A DNA stretch of 64,000 bases from Nitrospirota bacterium (GTDB taxonomy: Bacteria > Nitrospirota > UBA9217), in the NCBI GenBank assembly GCA_963749655.1, contig CAVVOB010000015.1, positions 64,001-128,000 on the forward strand. Direction: 5' to 3'. The position numbers and the translations under genes were made by a program. The notes beneath the pieces are model-generated. The model did no database searches. It was not told where the DNA came from and saw nothing but the letters and a program-made list of their open reading frames with translations. Below, piece after piece: positions 1 through 10,763 of the stretch; positions within the stretch are counted from its first letter, which is position 1, and each line of letters begins with the position of its first letter.

Positions 1-697
1 GGCTCTCGAGGCCGACAATGCGACGCTGAATGACCTCCTCAAAGCGAAGAAGGGTGAATTGAGCGCGAAAATCAACGAACTTCTGGGCAGGCTGTCGGAG
101 CGGGAGACGGCGCTCAATCAAAAGGACGCACAGATCGATGCTCTTTCAAGGCAGATTGCGGTCCTGAACCAGGAAAAGGAACAGGCGATCAAGGAGAAGG
201 AAAAATCGATCGCCGAAATGAAAAAGACCTACGACAGCCTGATGGGTGAAATGAACGAGGAAATCAAGAAAGGCGAGATAACCATCACCCAGCTGAAGGA
301 CAAGCTTTCCGTCAACCTTGTGGAAAAGATCCTCTTTGATTCGGGAAGCGCCGAGATCAAGAAGGAAGGGAAAAAAGTCCTTGACCGCGTTGCCGAGATC
401 CTGGCAAAGGTGCTGGACAAGCAGATCAGGGTGGAGGGTTACACGGATAATGTGCCGATCAGTTCGAGGCTTGCCGCCAAGTTCCCGACGAACTGGGAGC
501 TCTCAACTGCAAGGGCCACGACCGTGGCGCGTTATCTCCAGGACAAAGGCATCGACCCGAAGATCCTGAGCGCCTGCGGATATTCCGAGTACCGGCCCGT
601 GGCCTTGAATGACAGTGACGAAGGAAGGGCGAAAAACAGAAGGATCGAGATCAGCCTGATACCGAAGGAGATTGACAGTGCGGGACCAAAGCAGTAA
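1..697 (+). CDS. OmpA/MotB-family peptidoglycan-binding protein with coiled-coil stalk (5' truncated by window edge)
   Basis: Coiled-coil region, then the MotB-type OmpA_C motifs LFDSGSA, IRVEGYTDN, NWELSTARA, GRAKNRRIEI. The frame is open to the window start. Confidence 0.85.
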   Translation, partial: ALEADNATLNDLLKAKKGELSAKINELLGRLSERETALNQKDAQIDALSRQIAVLNQEKEQAIKEKEKSIAEMKKTYDSLMGEMNEEIKKGEITITQLKDKLSVNLVEKILFDSGSAEIKKEGKKVLDRVAEILAKVLDKQIRVEGYTDNVPISSRLAAKFPTNWELSTARATTVARYLQDKGIDPKILSACGYSEYRPVALNDSDEGRAKNRRIEISLIPKEIDSAGPKQ

Positions 698-799
698 GTG
701 ATGAGTCGGGAGTCACGGAGGAACGGCTGAACGCGACCATGAGGCGGCTTTCCTTCGTGACTCTTTATCCTAACCCAGACAAGCCGGAAAAACTGCTTA

Positions 800-885
800 G
801 CCACAAAAATCACAAAAAACACGAAAGAAGACCAAAGTCAAAATCGTTTTGGGATTACTTCTGTGACTTATGTGCTTTTTGTGGC
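800..885. repeat. 9-bp-periodic inverted repeat element
   Basis: gccacaaaaatcacaaaaaacacgaaag ... cttctgtgacttatgtgctttttgtggc. Confidence 0.7.
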
Positions 886-943
886 AAAATATTCTTGCCT
901 GTTTGAGAAGAATTGGATTTGCAACTGACTAAAGCGGCAATTG

Positions 944-1113
944 GAACCGCAGATGATGATTTCGTAAAAAGGCTTAATCGCCAATGGGCAGTCATTCCGG
1001 CTTGTCCGGAATCGTTTTAGCCGCTCCCGTCAGGTGGTTCAGGGCTTTTGATATAAATCTCTGATGTATCCGTGTTCATCCGTGTTCATCAGTGGTTAAC
1101 TGCTTTATTCAGA
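944..1113. repeat. 9-bp-periodic inverted repeat element with nested MITE end and REP-like hairpin
   Basis: 1044-1113 closely matches 7345-7415. It contains a tgatgatttcgtaaaaag end and a gtcattccggcttgtccggaatc hairpin. Confidence 0.6.
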
Positions 1114-1117
1114 TTTA

Positions 1118-2807
1118 TTAAACTTTCTTCACGATCCTGTTCAGCGTTATTTCAAAGGCCGCGCAGGGCATGGTTATCTGCGTGCGCTCCAGCACCTCGG
1201 GCCGCACTTCCCCGATGATTCCCAGTTCCGAACCGGACATCTTGATCCTGCCGCACCGTCCCGCAACAAAGAGCGGGTGGTCTGCCGGTTCGAGGGTGTA
1301 TTCGAGGCCGAGATAGTAGAGCAGAATATCGAGTGTCGAATGCATCTCCGAGAAATTCGCCGCCGGATGGGCGATCAGCGCGCCCAGATTCAGCTCGGTG
1401 CGCGACCCCATGTTCGCCTGTCGCGTCGAATATGGCCACGTCGCCCACCTCGAAGATACGATGGGGATAGAAAGCCTTCGAGCTTGCCGCTTCCACGCCC
1501 AGGAGCGACGGAATGATCCTGTTCCTGAGCACTGAATAGGCGAGGGACATGATATTGTCCACCTCGACCAGTCTTTCCCCTTCCCCCATTGCGTAGTCCA
1601 GTTCCTCGCGGGAGCAGAGGATGTTGGACATGATCTCCTGGAACCCCGAACCGATCAGGGTGTCCCGCACCGAGTCCGAAAGCAGCTCAATGTCCGAGAT
1701 CGCGCCGACCGTGGACTGCCGCGGCATCACCGGCTTGAAGGAGTCGTATCCCCTGCTGATCGCGTAATCCTCGACCAGGTCCACGGGATGCATGATGTCG
1801 TCCCGGTAGGGCGGCGACACGACGGTTACCGAGCCGCGCGACGTCGTCACCACGTGGCCGTAGGCCGTGAGCCTTGCCTTCACATCGTCGGGCGTCACTT
1901 CCTCGCCCAGGCCGGCTGAAAAACCGGAAAGCGGCACCTTGAACTTCCCTGACGTGTCTGCAGGGAACGCAACCCGCTTGCCGAATTCGGTGTCATAGGG
2001 ATAGCTCACGAGAACAGGCTCGATCTCGGCGCCGCGGTCGTAAAAACTCGCAGCCAGAATGTTGAGGGTCAGCACCGTCATGCGCATGTCCGTGCCCGTC
2101 ACCTCGATCAGCACGTTTCTGGTCTCGGGCTTCACCTCGCCGATCTCCCTGCTGTTGATGATCGGGGGGAACGAAAGCACCCGGTCCATGCTGTCGGTCA
2201 GGACAGGATACTCGGCAAAGGGTTTGACGATGCCCCCGTAGGCGATGCCTTTGGGATGACGCTCGAGAATCTCGGCCAGTGTCAGCTTCTCCTCCATCCC
2301 GAGGGGAGTAAACGATACGGAAGCAGGGGCGGCCAGCCGGTAATGGACGGGGAACATGATGCGGTCGAGTTCATAGATGCCGATCGACACGGTGGAGCGT
2401 TTCCTGCCGAAGATTTCCGCAAGCTTGTCCTGGCTCTGGATCATCTGGGTCAGGGTGTCTTCATTCATGCGGATGCCGCTGGCCGTGCACGCCGCGATAA
2501 AGGGGCGCACCGCCTTCATCCCCTTCGCGACGACGATCTCGCGCGTCGCCTTCCTGCCGTGGTCGAAGAACGGGTAGGTCTCGGGCTTCCCGGTCAGGGC
2601 GATCCGGATCTGGCGCGCAACGCCTTCGGCAGACCAGAGATCGGGCCGGTTGCTGTCCGACAGCTCGACCTTCATGTCGTCCGTCTCGGCGTTGTATTCC
2701 TTGAGCTCGGCCTTCGCCAGCATGAGCTTCTTCTCAAGTGCGTCGATGGTGAGCTTTTTGCCGATCAGGCCGTCGAGGTCGCGTTTTTTAATGTCTATTG
2801 TAGGCAT
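1118..2807 (-). CDS. pheT: Phenylalanyl-tRNA synthetase beta subunit, archaeal/spirochaete type (about 560 aa; frameshift near 1415)
   Basis: NRPDLWSAEG, SFPPIINS, PPYRDDIMHPVDLVED and FEVGDV motifs. The C-terminus continues in ORF 1118..1411 (IIGEVRPEVL). It is adjacent to pheS. Confidence 0.9.
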
Positions 2808-2816
2808 TGTTTTTTA

Positions 2817-2971
2817 GCCACGAATTAACACGAATTTTCACGAATAGATCTAAACCTGACGTCAATTCATGCAATTCGTTACTCGTTATTAGATCAGATA
2901 CTTTTCCCGGATAACTATCTCATTACTGTCTTTTATGTTTTAAATTCGTGTCAATTCGTGAAATTCGTGGC
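2817..2971. repeat. 9-bp-periodic inverted repeat element
   Basis: gccacgaattaacacgaattttcacgaat ... attcgtgtcaattcgtgaaattcgtggc. The arms are identical to those at 44115 and 45589. Confidence 0.8.
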
Positions 2972-2998
2972 AAAACATTTTGAACTACCCGCTGCGAA

Positions 2999-4564
2999 TC
3001 ACCCCAGCTGGATCTTTTTCGTTCGGATAAAGTCCAAATCCCTCGAGAACAGATCGCGGATATCCTGGATCCCCAGCGCCACCATGGCCATGCGGTCGAG
3101 GCCCAGGCCCCAGGCTATCACCGGGACGTTCACGCCGAGCGGCACCGTAACTTCCGGCCGGAAAAGGCCCGCTCCGCCCAGTTCCATCCAGCCCAGCTTG
3201 GAGTGCTTCACGTGCAGCTCCACCGAAGGTTCGGTGAACGGAAAGTAGGCGGGCCGGAACTGGAACTCTCCCGCCTTTGCGATCTCCTGGCCGAAGAGCT
3301 TCAACAGCCCGAGGAGCGCCGTAAAATTAATGTCTTCGCCGAGGACGATGCCTTCCACCTGATAGAAGTCCGGGGCATGGGTGGCATCCACGGCGTCGTA
3401 GCGGAAGCACCGGGCGATGGAAAAATACTTCCCCGGGATCTTCGGACCCGACGCGAGCGTGCGCGCTGACACGGCGGTGCCCTGGCTCCTCAGGATGAGG
3501 CGCTTGGCCCGCTCCAGGTCGAAGGCGTAGCGCCAGCCCGTGGACCCCGTCTGGCCGCCGTCCTTGTGCGCTGCGGCGACCTTCTTTCCGAACGGCGCCT
3601 CGATCTCTTTGCTCCGGGAAGGCTCCTTGACGAAATAGACGTCATGGATGTTCCGCGCAGGATGGAACTGGGGCATGAAAAGTGCGTCCATGTCCCAGAA
3701 TTCGTTTTCCACGAGCGGGCCCCGCATTTCCTCGAATCCCATGCCGACGAACTTGTACTTCACGAAGTCGAGGAACTCACGGTACGGATGCTTCCGGCCG
3801 ATGCTCTGGCGCGGCGGCTTGAGGGCGATATTGTAGGCCCGGAACTTTTTGTTCTTCCACGAACCCTGCTTCAGCATCTCCGGGGTGAGCACCGACAGCT
3901 CCTCGCCGGTTTCGCCCCGCTCCTTCAGCTGCGCCAGGAGCGCCTTGCCCGCTGCAGACAGGGAATAGGACCGGTTCTTCTTGTCGGTGATGCGGAAGAT
4001 GCCTTTCGACTTCCCCCGCTTGTGGAAATTGGATTGAATGGCAGGCTGTTCCAGGTTGGAAAAAGAGGAAAGATCGGAGGATTGTTTCCCACCGACGCTC
4101 CTGATGAGTGTTGACAGGAATTCATAGGCTGAGAGGTCGGCTCCGGCGGAGAGTTCCAGAATGCCGCCCTGAACGATCTGCACGGTCTTCGCTTCCTTGA
4201 GCGCGCCGACCGCGGAGCTCACTTCGGACGGATCCATTCCCCAGGTCTGGATGATGTCCTTGACGGTAAGCTTCCTGCCCTCGCGGAGCGCATTGATGAT
4301 CCGAATTTCAGGAGTTCCTTTTTCAAGGTACTCCTTTCCTGTTTCCGTGAGACTGACGAGGGAGGTCGTGGATATTTCCTGGACCTCGAGCAGCCCTTTG
4401 GTCTGGAGCCAGCCTGAAGCCATGTCGAGGCGCGATTCATCGAGGCCGGCGGCGCTCAGGAGGCCGGGCGAGGTCAGGGTTTGTTCCTTCTGAAACGCGA
4501 GAATGACCTTGATTTCCAGCGGATGGAGACTTTCGATGAGTGACTTCTGCTCAGAATCGTTCAT
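2999..4564 (-). CDS. pheS: Phenylalanyl-tRNA synthetase alpha subunit, long archaeal/eukaryote type
   Basis: 521 aa with an N-terminal extension. Motifs FWDMDALFMPQFHPAR, RCFRYD, FPFTEPS, WGLGLDR. Confidence 0.93.
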   Translation of the reverse strand: MNDSEQKSLIESLHPLEIKVILAFQKEQTLTSPGLLSAAGLDESRLDMASGWLQTKGLLEVQEISTTSLVSLTETGKEYLEKGTPEIRIINALREGRKLTVKDIIQTWGMDPSEVSSAVGALKEAKTVQIVQGGILELSAGADLSAYEFLSTLIRSVGGKQSSDLSSFSNLEQPAIQSNFHKRGKSKGIFRITDKKNRSYSLSAAGKALLAQLKERGETGEELSVLTPEMLKQGSWKNKKFRAYNIALKPPRQSIGRKHPYREFLDFVKYKFVGMGFEEMRGPLVENEFWDMDALFMPQFHPARNIHDVYFVKEPSRSKEIEAPFGKKVAAAHKDGGQTGSTGWRYAFDLERAKRLILRSQGTAVSARTLASGPKIPGKYFSIARCFRYDAVDATHAPDFYQVEGIVLGEDINFTALLGLLKLFGQEIAKAGEFQFRPAYFPFTEPSVELHVKHSKLGWMELGGAGLFRPEVTVPLGVNVPVIAWGLGLDRMAMVALGIQDIRDLFSRDLDFIRTKKIQLG

Positions 4565-4652
4565 AAGATGCGGATAAGATTACGTTGATTGCCGATTTTT
4601 GTCAAGAAAAAACAGATTGACGGGCGTCGGAACGGTGTGCTAAGGTACGCTC

Positions 4653-5063
4653 ATGACGAACCACAAGACCAGACCGAGGCTGAGCTACACGCTGCTCTGC
4701 GACGACGTGCGCCAGGAGCTGGGCGGAAAATTCAGCCTCATGGGGCTGTTCGAAAGCATCTCGGCCGGGGTCTTCCCCGCCACCCATCACCGCTTCGCCA
4801 TCATAAACGAATGGACAGGGGGACGGGGAGAGTTCACGACCAGCATCAGACTGCTCGCGCCGGACCGCGAGCAGGTACTCTCGGATACCACGTCGCGCTT
4901 TCAACTCTTCAATGAAGGGCAGCGGCACCGGGATATTTCAGTCCGCTTCAATACGACGTTCAAGGTCCCCGGGACATACTGGATCGAAGTGCTGATTGAC
5001 GGCGAGCAGGCGGGCATGGTCGCCCTCCCGGTCCAGATGATCACCGAACAGACGGTCCACTAA
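4653..5063 (+). CDS. Conserved hypothetical protein (DUF6941-like)
   Basis: LLCDDVRQE..GKFSLMG and F..PGTYWIEVLIDG pattern. Confidence 0.65.
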   Translation: MTNHKTRPRLSYTLLCDDVRQELGGKFSLMGLFESISAGVFPATHHRFAIINEWTGGRGEFTTSIRLLAPDREQVLSDTTSRFQLFNEGQRHRDISVRFNTTFKVPGTYWIEVLIDGEQAGMVALPVQMITEQTVH

Positions 5064-5205
5064 CAGGCTGTTGAAAAATATTTTGAAGACCTCAGCCGTC
5101 ATTCCTGCGCAGGCAGGAATCCAGTGTTCTTAATATGATTCTGCTGGATGCCAGCCTTCACTGGCATGACGAAACTTGTCGCGCTTGAGCTTTTTCAACA
5201 ACCTG
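5064..5205. mobile_element. MITE with CAGGYTGTTGAAAAA terminal inverted repeats, CTAA target duplication and an internal REP-like hairpin
   Basis: ctaa|caggctgttgaaaaa ... tttttcaacaacctg|ctaa. An inverted second copy lies at 59981-60119. Confidence 0.8.
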
Positions 5206-5264
5206 CTAAGCCCTTCCGATGGCAGCTGCTCGTCTGCCCTGAAATCGCGCTATCCCCCGTAACG

Positions 5265-5954
5265 TCACTCCAGCGTAACGATCGTTTCGCTCCCGAGCTT
5301 TGCCCGAATGTCTTTCTGAAGTTTTTCCGCAGACTCCTTGTTCGTGAAGCTGCCCACCCGCACCCGGAACCATTTCCCCTTGCCCGACACTTCCGATGCA
5401 ACGACAAAGGCCGCGAAACCGTCCTGCTTCAATCTTTTCACATCCTGTTCCGCGGAATCCCGGTCCTGGTGCGAGGACACCTGGATCGTGTAGCGTATTT
5501 TCGAGGACGCGGGCTTTGCCAGAGCTACTTTCTTCTCCTGTGCAACCTGTGTTTTTACGGTCTTTTGCTTCGCAGGCTCCGATGGCGCGGCCTTCTTCTC
5601 GATTCCTGCTTCCCTGTTCTTTTCCGCAGGATGTTGGGCCTTTGTCGATTCCGCTTCAACTGCCTGTTTCTTCTCCGCCTTGGCGTCTGAATCCGGGGTC
5701 TTAGGCTTGAGATCGATAGATACGGTTTTGTTGTCTTTTCCCGTCAGCGTTTTATAAAACGTGAAATCTTCCGGCTTGGGCAGATTCTTCGACACCACGT
5801 CGGGCAACGGCGGCAGATTTTCCCCCGGTGTCGCCTGCTTGGCCTGATAGCGCCCCACGTAGTAGCCCAGGAGGAAAAAACCCGCCATCAGGGCCACGCC
5901 TGCCGGGATAAGGATCAGATTAGATATAATGCCGCCGCGCTCGTTCTTCTTCAT
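5265..5954 (-). CDS. SPOR-domain cell-division protein (FtsN/DedD-like)
   Basis: N-terminal TM, FTFYKTL motif, low-complexity linker, C-terminal YTIQVSS...WFRVRVGSF SPOR domain. Confidence 0.85.
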   Translation of the reverse strand: MKKNERGGIISNLILIPAGVALMAGFFLLGYYVGRYQAKQATPGENLPPLPDVVSKNLPKPEDFTFYKTLTGKDNKTVSIDLKPKTPDSDAKAEKKQAVEAESTKAQHPAEKNREAGIEKKAAPSEPAKQKTVKTQVAQEKKVALAKPASSKIRYTIQVSSHQDRDSAEQDVKRLKQDGFAAFVVASEVSGKGKWFRVRVGSFTNKESAEKLQKDIRAKLGSETIVTLE

Positions 5955-5970
5955 GGTCCTCCCTCGTGTC

Positions 5971-6078
5971 AGTTAACAGTTTTGAGTTAATAGTGTTTAG
6001 TTGCAACCCGAAACTCAAAACTAAGGACTCAAAACTCTTGTCCTCTTTGCCCTATGCCCTTTGCTCTATGCTCTATGC
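5971..6078. repeat. 7-bp-periodic low-complexity repeats
   Basis: agttttgagttaatagtgtttagtt / aactcaaaactaaggactcaaaact, followed by (ctwtgcy)n. Confidence 0.6.
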
Positions 6079-7114
6079 TATAAACATCGCATCGCCGTAA
6101 CTATAGAACCGGTAGCGTTCCCCTATGGCCGCCCGGTAAGCCGACAGGATCCGTTCCCTGCCGCCGAATGCCGACACCAGCATGAGCAGCGTCGACTTGG
6201 GAAGATGAAAATTCGTGATCAACCCGTCCGTTGCGCGAAACCGGTATCCGGGATAGATGAACAATTCCGACTGCCCTGCGCCGGCAGCGACGCCTTCGGG
6301 CGTGAATGCCGATTCGATCGTCCGCACGCTCGTGGTCCCCACGGCAATGACGCGTCTGCCCTCGTGTTTCGCGCGGTTGAGGGCCGCAGCCGCTTCCGGG
6401 GACACCTCGTATTGTTCGGCCAGCATCCGGTGCTCCGTGATCCGCTCCACCCGGACAGGCTGAAACGTTCCCGGCCCCACATGGAGCGTGACGGTAATGA
6501 CTTCGACGCCCTTGCGCGCCAGCGAAGAAAGAAGCTCGCTGCTGAAATGAAGCCCCGCCGTGGGCGCAGCAACGGCGCCTTCCTGGGAAGCGTAGACGGT
6601 CTGATACCGCTCGCGGTCGGCCTCCGAAGCCTCACGGGTTATATAGGGAGGAAGGGGGACCTTCCCCACCTGCTGCAGCAGCGAGCGGATATCGTCGCTG
6701 CCGTGAAAACGCACTCTCCGCGTGCCTTCCCGCTGTTCTCCGGCGATTTCCGCCTCCACCCCCGGCGAGATCTGGAGCCTTGTACCCGGCTTCAGGCGGC
6801 CCTTGACCAGGGCGTCCCAGAGATTGCGCTCCCGTTCTGCAAGAAGGAAGACTCTCGGCTTTCCCGCCTCCCGGCTTGATTGCTGCCAGCCTGCAGGGAA
6901 AAACCTTTGTGTTGTTCAGAACAAGCAGGTCCCCTGAATTGAGATAGGAAGGAATGTCTGAAAAGACCCTGTGCTCCAGGGAGTCTGATCCGCGCTGCAC
7001 GACCATCAGCCGGGACGCGTCCCGTTTTGCCGATGGTTCCTGCGCTATCAGTTCCTGGGGGAGATCGAAGTCAAAATCGGAAAGCCGGAGATGTTCCTGG
7101 GCAAGAACGGTCAT
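6073..7114 (-). CDS. queA: S-adenosylmethionine:tRNA ribosyltransferase-isomerase (frameshift near 6850)
   Basis: LSDFDFDLPQELIAQEP, PLPPYI, YQTVYA, AAPTAGLHF, NFHLPKSTL, YRFYSYGDAM, split over two ORFs. Confidence 0.92.
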
Positions 7115-7268
7115 GGCCGGATATTACCATACTGCGGCCTCGCGCCGCAACTGAACAAATACGCTGCCGGTCCGGGGCGAAGAACGGCAAGGACCGGGTG
7201 ATGCATCGGCCTCAACCTTTGGACAACGTTGACGACTATTCGGCCTATCATCCTCAGTACCGCATTGG

Positions 7269-7415
7269 AACCACAGATTAACACAGATGAAAAACAAAAT
7301 CAGGAACATACATCATTTCGGTGTCGCACCCGCCTGGTGAATCAGGCTTTTGATTTAACTTTCGGATTTATCCGTGTTTATCCGTGTTCATCAGTGGTTA
7401 ACTGCTTTTTTCAGG
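7269..7415. repeat. 9-bp-periodic inverted repeat element
   Basis: aaccacagattaacacagatg ... tatccgtgtttatccgtgttcatcagtggtt. Confidence 0.75.
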
Positions 7416-7456
7416 ATAAGCGGCAATAGTGAATCGCTGACGTCCTGCTTGTGACG

Positions 7457-8641
7457 TTATTCCAGCGATTGCCGCCATTCCCGCTGAAATTCGTCGTAGG
7501 AAATGAGGAACGAGTCGTTCACCGCCTTGCCGGTATTCGCGCCTGCGGCGAGGCTGTCCAGCATGGCCTTGACCCGGTACATGCCGAAGGAATCGACCGC
7601 ATACCGTACCGACGATAGACTCAGGAGATAGGCGTACATGGCCTGATTCGCTTCCAGCTTTGCGAAGGAGCCTTCGAGGGCCGAGAGAGGGGGGACCTTA
7701 CCCGACTGCATGAGCCTCTTCAGCATCCCCTGCTGATGGCCGTCGATTTCACGGCCTTCGAAATACTGGGCAAGACCTTCGTTGAGCCAGGTGGGGCATC
7801 GCGGTGTTATGGCGCGCACAACGGCATGGGTATATTCGTGGTAAAGCAGGCCCTTCAGTCCCGGCGTTTCTTCGTTGATTCCGCCGACAGGGATGCGGAT
7901 CTTGCCGTCGTAGATTCCTCCGCTCCATCCCGGAGCGTCAGTCACTTCCTGGAACTGCTTGCCCGTATACAGGATCACCTGGATTTCACGGTCGGGATAG
8001 TATGACAGCGCTTTTCCAATCTCGCCGTATGCGTCTTCGAGGATCCGGAGCACGATCCTTCCTGCTTCTATCTTTTCTCTGCCCTCGTACTTCGTCAGGA
8101 AATGACTGGTCACGTCGCGGTTGAAGTCCTTTTCCGCACCGTGCTCTTTTCTGATGCGGTCGAGCCGCGCCTTTATCTGCCCGTCCGAAGGATTCAGCGC
8201 GAGCGCTTTTTCCCAATACGCCGCCGCGGTTTCAAGATCGTCCTTGCGATAATAAAGCTCGCCGAGCACCTGATAGGCCGTTCCCTCCTTCGGGCTGAGC
8301 TCGATCACGCGGTTGAGTTCCTGCTCCGCGTACCGGTCGTCATGCAAATGAAAGTACACCATCCCGAGTCCGAGGTGGGCGGCAAAATCGGCATCATAAT
8401 ACCGGAGCGCCTCCTCGAATAAGTCCCGTGCGGTCTCATAACTGCCGTTCTTCAGCTGCTCCATGCCGTCGCGGACGTGGCGGGAATAGGTGTTCTGTTC
8501 GGCAGTTCCGGCGGACACCGATACGGGAGCTACCAGCAGAGTAAAAATAAGTCCGATTAAATGTGCTTTCACGCGCTGATGAGCAAGCATTCGCATATTT
8601 TCCGGTATATCCCTTCTCACTTCCGGCTTCTGACCACTCAA
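7457..8641 (-). CDS. TPR-repeat protein with C-terminal peptidase MA-like zinc metalloprotease domain
   Basis: Signal/TM segment, TPR helices, HEYTH...WLNEGLAQYFE. Start uncertain. Confidence 0.8.
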   Translation of the reverse strand: MSGQKPEVRRDIPENMRMLAHQRVKAHLIGLIFTLLVAPVSVSAGTAEQNTYSRHVRDGMEQLKNGSYETARDLFEEALRYYDADFAAHLGLGMVYFHLHDDRYAEQELNRVIELSPKEGTAYQVLGELYYRKDDLETAAAYWEKALALNPSDGQIKARLDRIRKEHGAEKDFNRDVTSHFLTKYEGREKIEAGRIVLRILEDAYGEIGKALSYYPDREIQVILYTGKQFQEVTDAPGWSGGIYDGKIRIPVGGINEETPGLKGLLYHEYTHAVVRAITPRCPTWLNEGLAQYFEGREIDGHQQGMLKRLMQSGKVPPLSALEGSFAKLEANQAMYAYLLSLSSVRYAVDSFGMYRVKAMLDSLAAGANTGKAVNDSFLISYDEFQREWRQSLE

Positions 8642-9036
8642 TCTTTCATGACCTTCACCATCACCCGCCGGTCCCGCGGGCCGTCGAATTCGCAGAAGAA
8701 CACCGCCTGCCAGGTCCCCAGAGCGAGACGTCCCTCTTCTACCAGAACGGTCTGCGAAATCCCCACCAGGCTCGACTTGATGTGAGCAGCCGAATTGCCT
8801 TCCGTATGGCCGTAATGGTCTTCAAAAGGGATGATCTTGTTCAGCTCCTTCAGCATGTCGCGTCCGACATTGGGGTCGGAATTCTCATTGATCGTGACAG
8901 CCGCCGTCGTATGGGGAACGTAAATGTGACATGCACCTGACCGGATGCCGCTCTCGGCAACGAGCCGCTGCACCCCCTGTGTGATGTCCACCAGTTCCGT
9001 TCTGGAATTCGTCTTCACCCTGAGCTGTTTGATCAT
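8638..9036 (-). CDS. yjbQ: YjbQ / UPF0047 family protein
   Basis: PHTTAAVTINEN, HTEGNSAAHIKS, LGTWQAVFFCEFDGPR. Confidence 0.9.
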   Translation of the reverse strand: MIKQLRVKTNSRTELVDITQGVQRLVAESGIRSGACHIYVPHTTAAVTINENSDPNVGRDMLKELNKIIPFEDHYGHTEGNSAAHIKSSLVGISQTVLVEEGRLALGTWQAVFFCEFDGPRDRRVMVKVMKD

Positions 9037-9082
9037 GCAAACCCTCCGATTTCAATTCCACATTCCGCAATCCGTAATTTTG

Positions 9083-10720
9083 CTACGGTTCAATTCCCAC
9101 GTCTTCGCGTCCTCTCCCCCGCTTCTCCTCGACGATCGGGAAGATAATATGGGTAATGAGGGAATTGATGCGCGCCAGGTTCCCGATGAGGTCCAGGTGG
9201 ATATGGCTTGTTTCGATGGATTCACGCAGTCCCTTGCGAAGCCGGTCGAAATGGGCCTGCACCAGTTCGCGCTCCATGATTGCCAGGTCCTCTTTGTTGC
9301 GGAGCACACGGTCTGCAAGATCACGGTCATTGCCTGCAAAGGCCGACACGGCGACATCGAAATTTTCGACCGTTTTTTTGTGGAATGAGATCATCTCGTC
9401 CATCCCCTCCGTGGAGAAGGTGATCCCCTTGTTGATCCGCTTGAGGGCGAGGGGCATGATGTTGCGGTCGATGATGTCGCCGATGCTTTCCATGTTCCGG
9501 GCCATTTCGAGAACGGCCATGGCCCTCCGCGACTGGGATTCCGTCAGACGGGAAGACGACAGCCTTGTGATATAAAGCCGGATGTGGCGGTCAAGCAAAT
9601 CGATGAGATTGTCCTTGTTCTTGATTCTGTCAATGATGCCGGATTCGTCGCTTTGAAAAGCGTTGAGGGAATCGACGAGCATCTCCCGCACAATGTCGGA
9701 TTCGCGCAAGGCCTCCCGCGAAGCCTGTCCAAGCGCGAGGGCAGGCGTGCCGAGCACGTGATCGTCCAGGTACATGGGACCGAACTTCTTTTCCTCCGCT
9801 TTTTCCGGCACCAGTTTCACGATCAGGCGGGAGAACAGCCCGGTGAAGGGAAGGAAGACGAGCGCCATGATGACGTTGAACAGCGTATGGGCATTCGCGA
9901 TCTGTCGGCTCAGGTCAGATGCTGTGAACGAAACGAGGTGGGTGAAGGGTCCGAGGAACGGCAAAAAGAGAATGACGCCGAAGGTCTTGAACAGCACATG
10001 CGCCCAGGCGACGCGGCGTGCTTCGGACGGGGAACGGAGGCTTGCGAGAAACGCCGTGGCGCAGGTGCCGATGTTCGCACCGAGAATGATGTTGATCGAG
10101 GCGTCGAGCGGGATCAGGCCCGCTGATGCAAGAACGAGGGCGATGCTCATGGTCGCCGCGCTGCTGTGGATGAGGGCGGTGATCCCGGCCGACAGAACGA
10201 TCCCCGGAACGGGCGATCCGGTCAGGGCGATGATGACCTGCCGGAACAGCTCATTTCCCTGAAGCGGGGCCATGGCCTCGGTCATGATCTTGAGCGACAG
10301 GATGACGAACCCGAAACCCAGCACCCCCTGCCCCGCGTTCCTGACCAGCTGCTTCTTCGTAAACAGCGTGAAGACCAGGCCTATGCCGATCAGCAGGACT
10401 GCGTAGTCCGTGACGTGAAAGGCGATGAGCTGGACCGTGAGCGTGGCGCCTATGTCGGCGCCGAGGATGACGGCCAGGGTCTGGCGAAAGTTCATGAGCC
10501 CCGCGCTCACGAATCCCACCAGCATGACCGAGGTTGCGCTGCTCGACTGGATCAGACCGGTGATAAACGCGCCGCTGCCCACGGCGGCCAGCCGGTTGCT
10601 CGTGAGGGAGCGGAGAAGCGAGCGGATCCTCGATCCGGCGGCATTCTGGAGCCCGTCGTTCAGAAGCTTGATGCCGTACAGGAGCAGGAGGACTCCGCCG
10701 AAGAGACTGAACAGGATCAT
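9083..10720 (-). CDS. Na+/Pi cotransporter family protein with PhoU domains
   Basis: QSSSAT and HSSAAT repeats, GADIG/GANIGT, cytoplasmic PhoU-like C-terminus. Confidence 0.9.
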   Translation of the reverse strand: MILFSLFGGVLLLLYGIKLLNDGLQNAAGSRIRSLLRSLTSNRLAAVGSGAFITGLIQSSSATSVMLVGFVSAGLMNFRQTLAVILGADIGATLTVQLIAFHVTDYAVLLIGIGLVFTLFTKKQLVRNAGQGVLGFGFVILSLKIMTEAMAPLQGNELFRQVIIALTGSPVPGIVLSAGITALIHSSAATMSIALVLASAGLIPLDASINIILGANIGTCATAFLASLRSPSEARRVAWAHVLFKTFGVILFLPFLGPFTHLVSFTASDLSRQIANAHTLFNVIMALVFLPFTGLFSRLIVKLVPEKAEEKKFGPMYLDDHVLGTPALALGQASREALRESDIVREMLVDSLNAFQSDESGIIDRIKNKDNLIDLLDRHIRLYITRLSSSRLTESQSRRAMAVLEMARNMESIGDIIDRNIMPLALKRINKGITFSTEGMDEMISFHKKTVENFDVAVSAFAGNDRDLADRVLRNKEDLAIMERELVQAHFDRLRKGLRESIETSHIHLDLIGNLARINSLITHIIFPIVEEKRGRGREDVGIEP

Positions 10721-10763
10721 GGACGTACTATGCCCAATTTTGCGCCGCCCGTCAAGTCAATCT

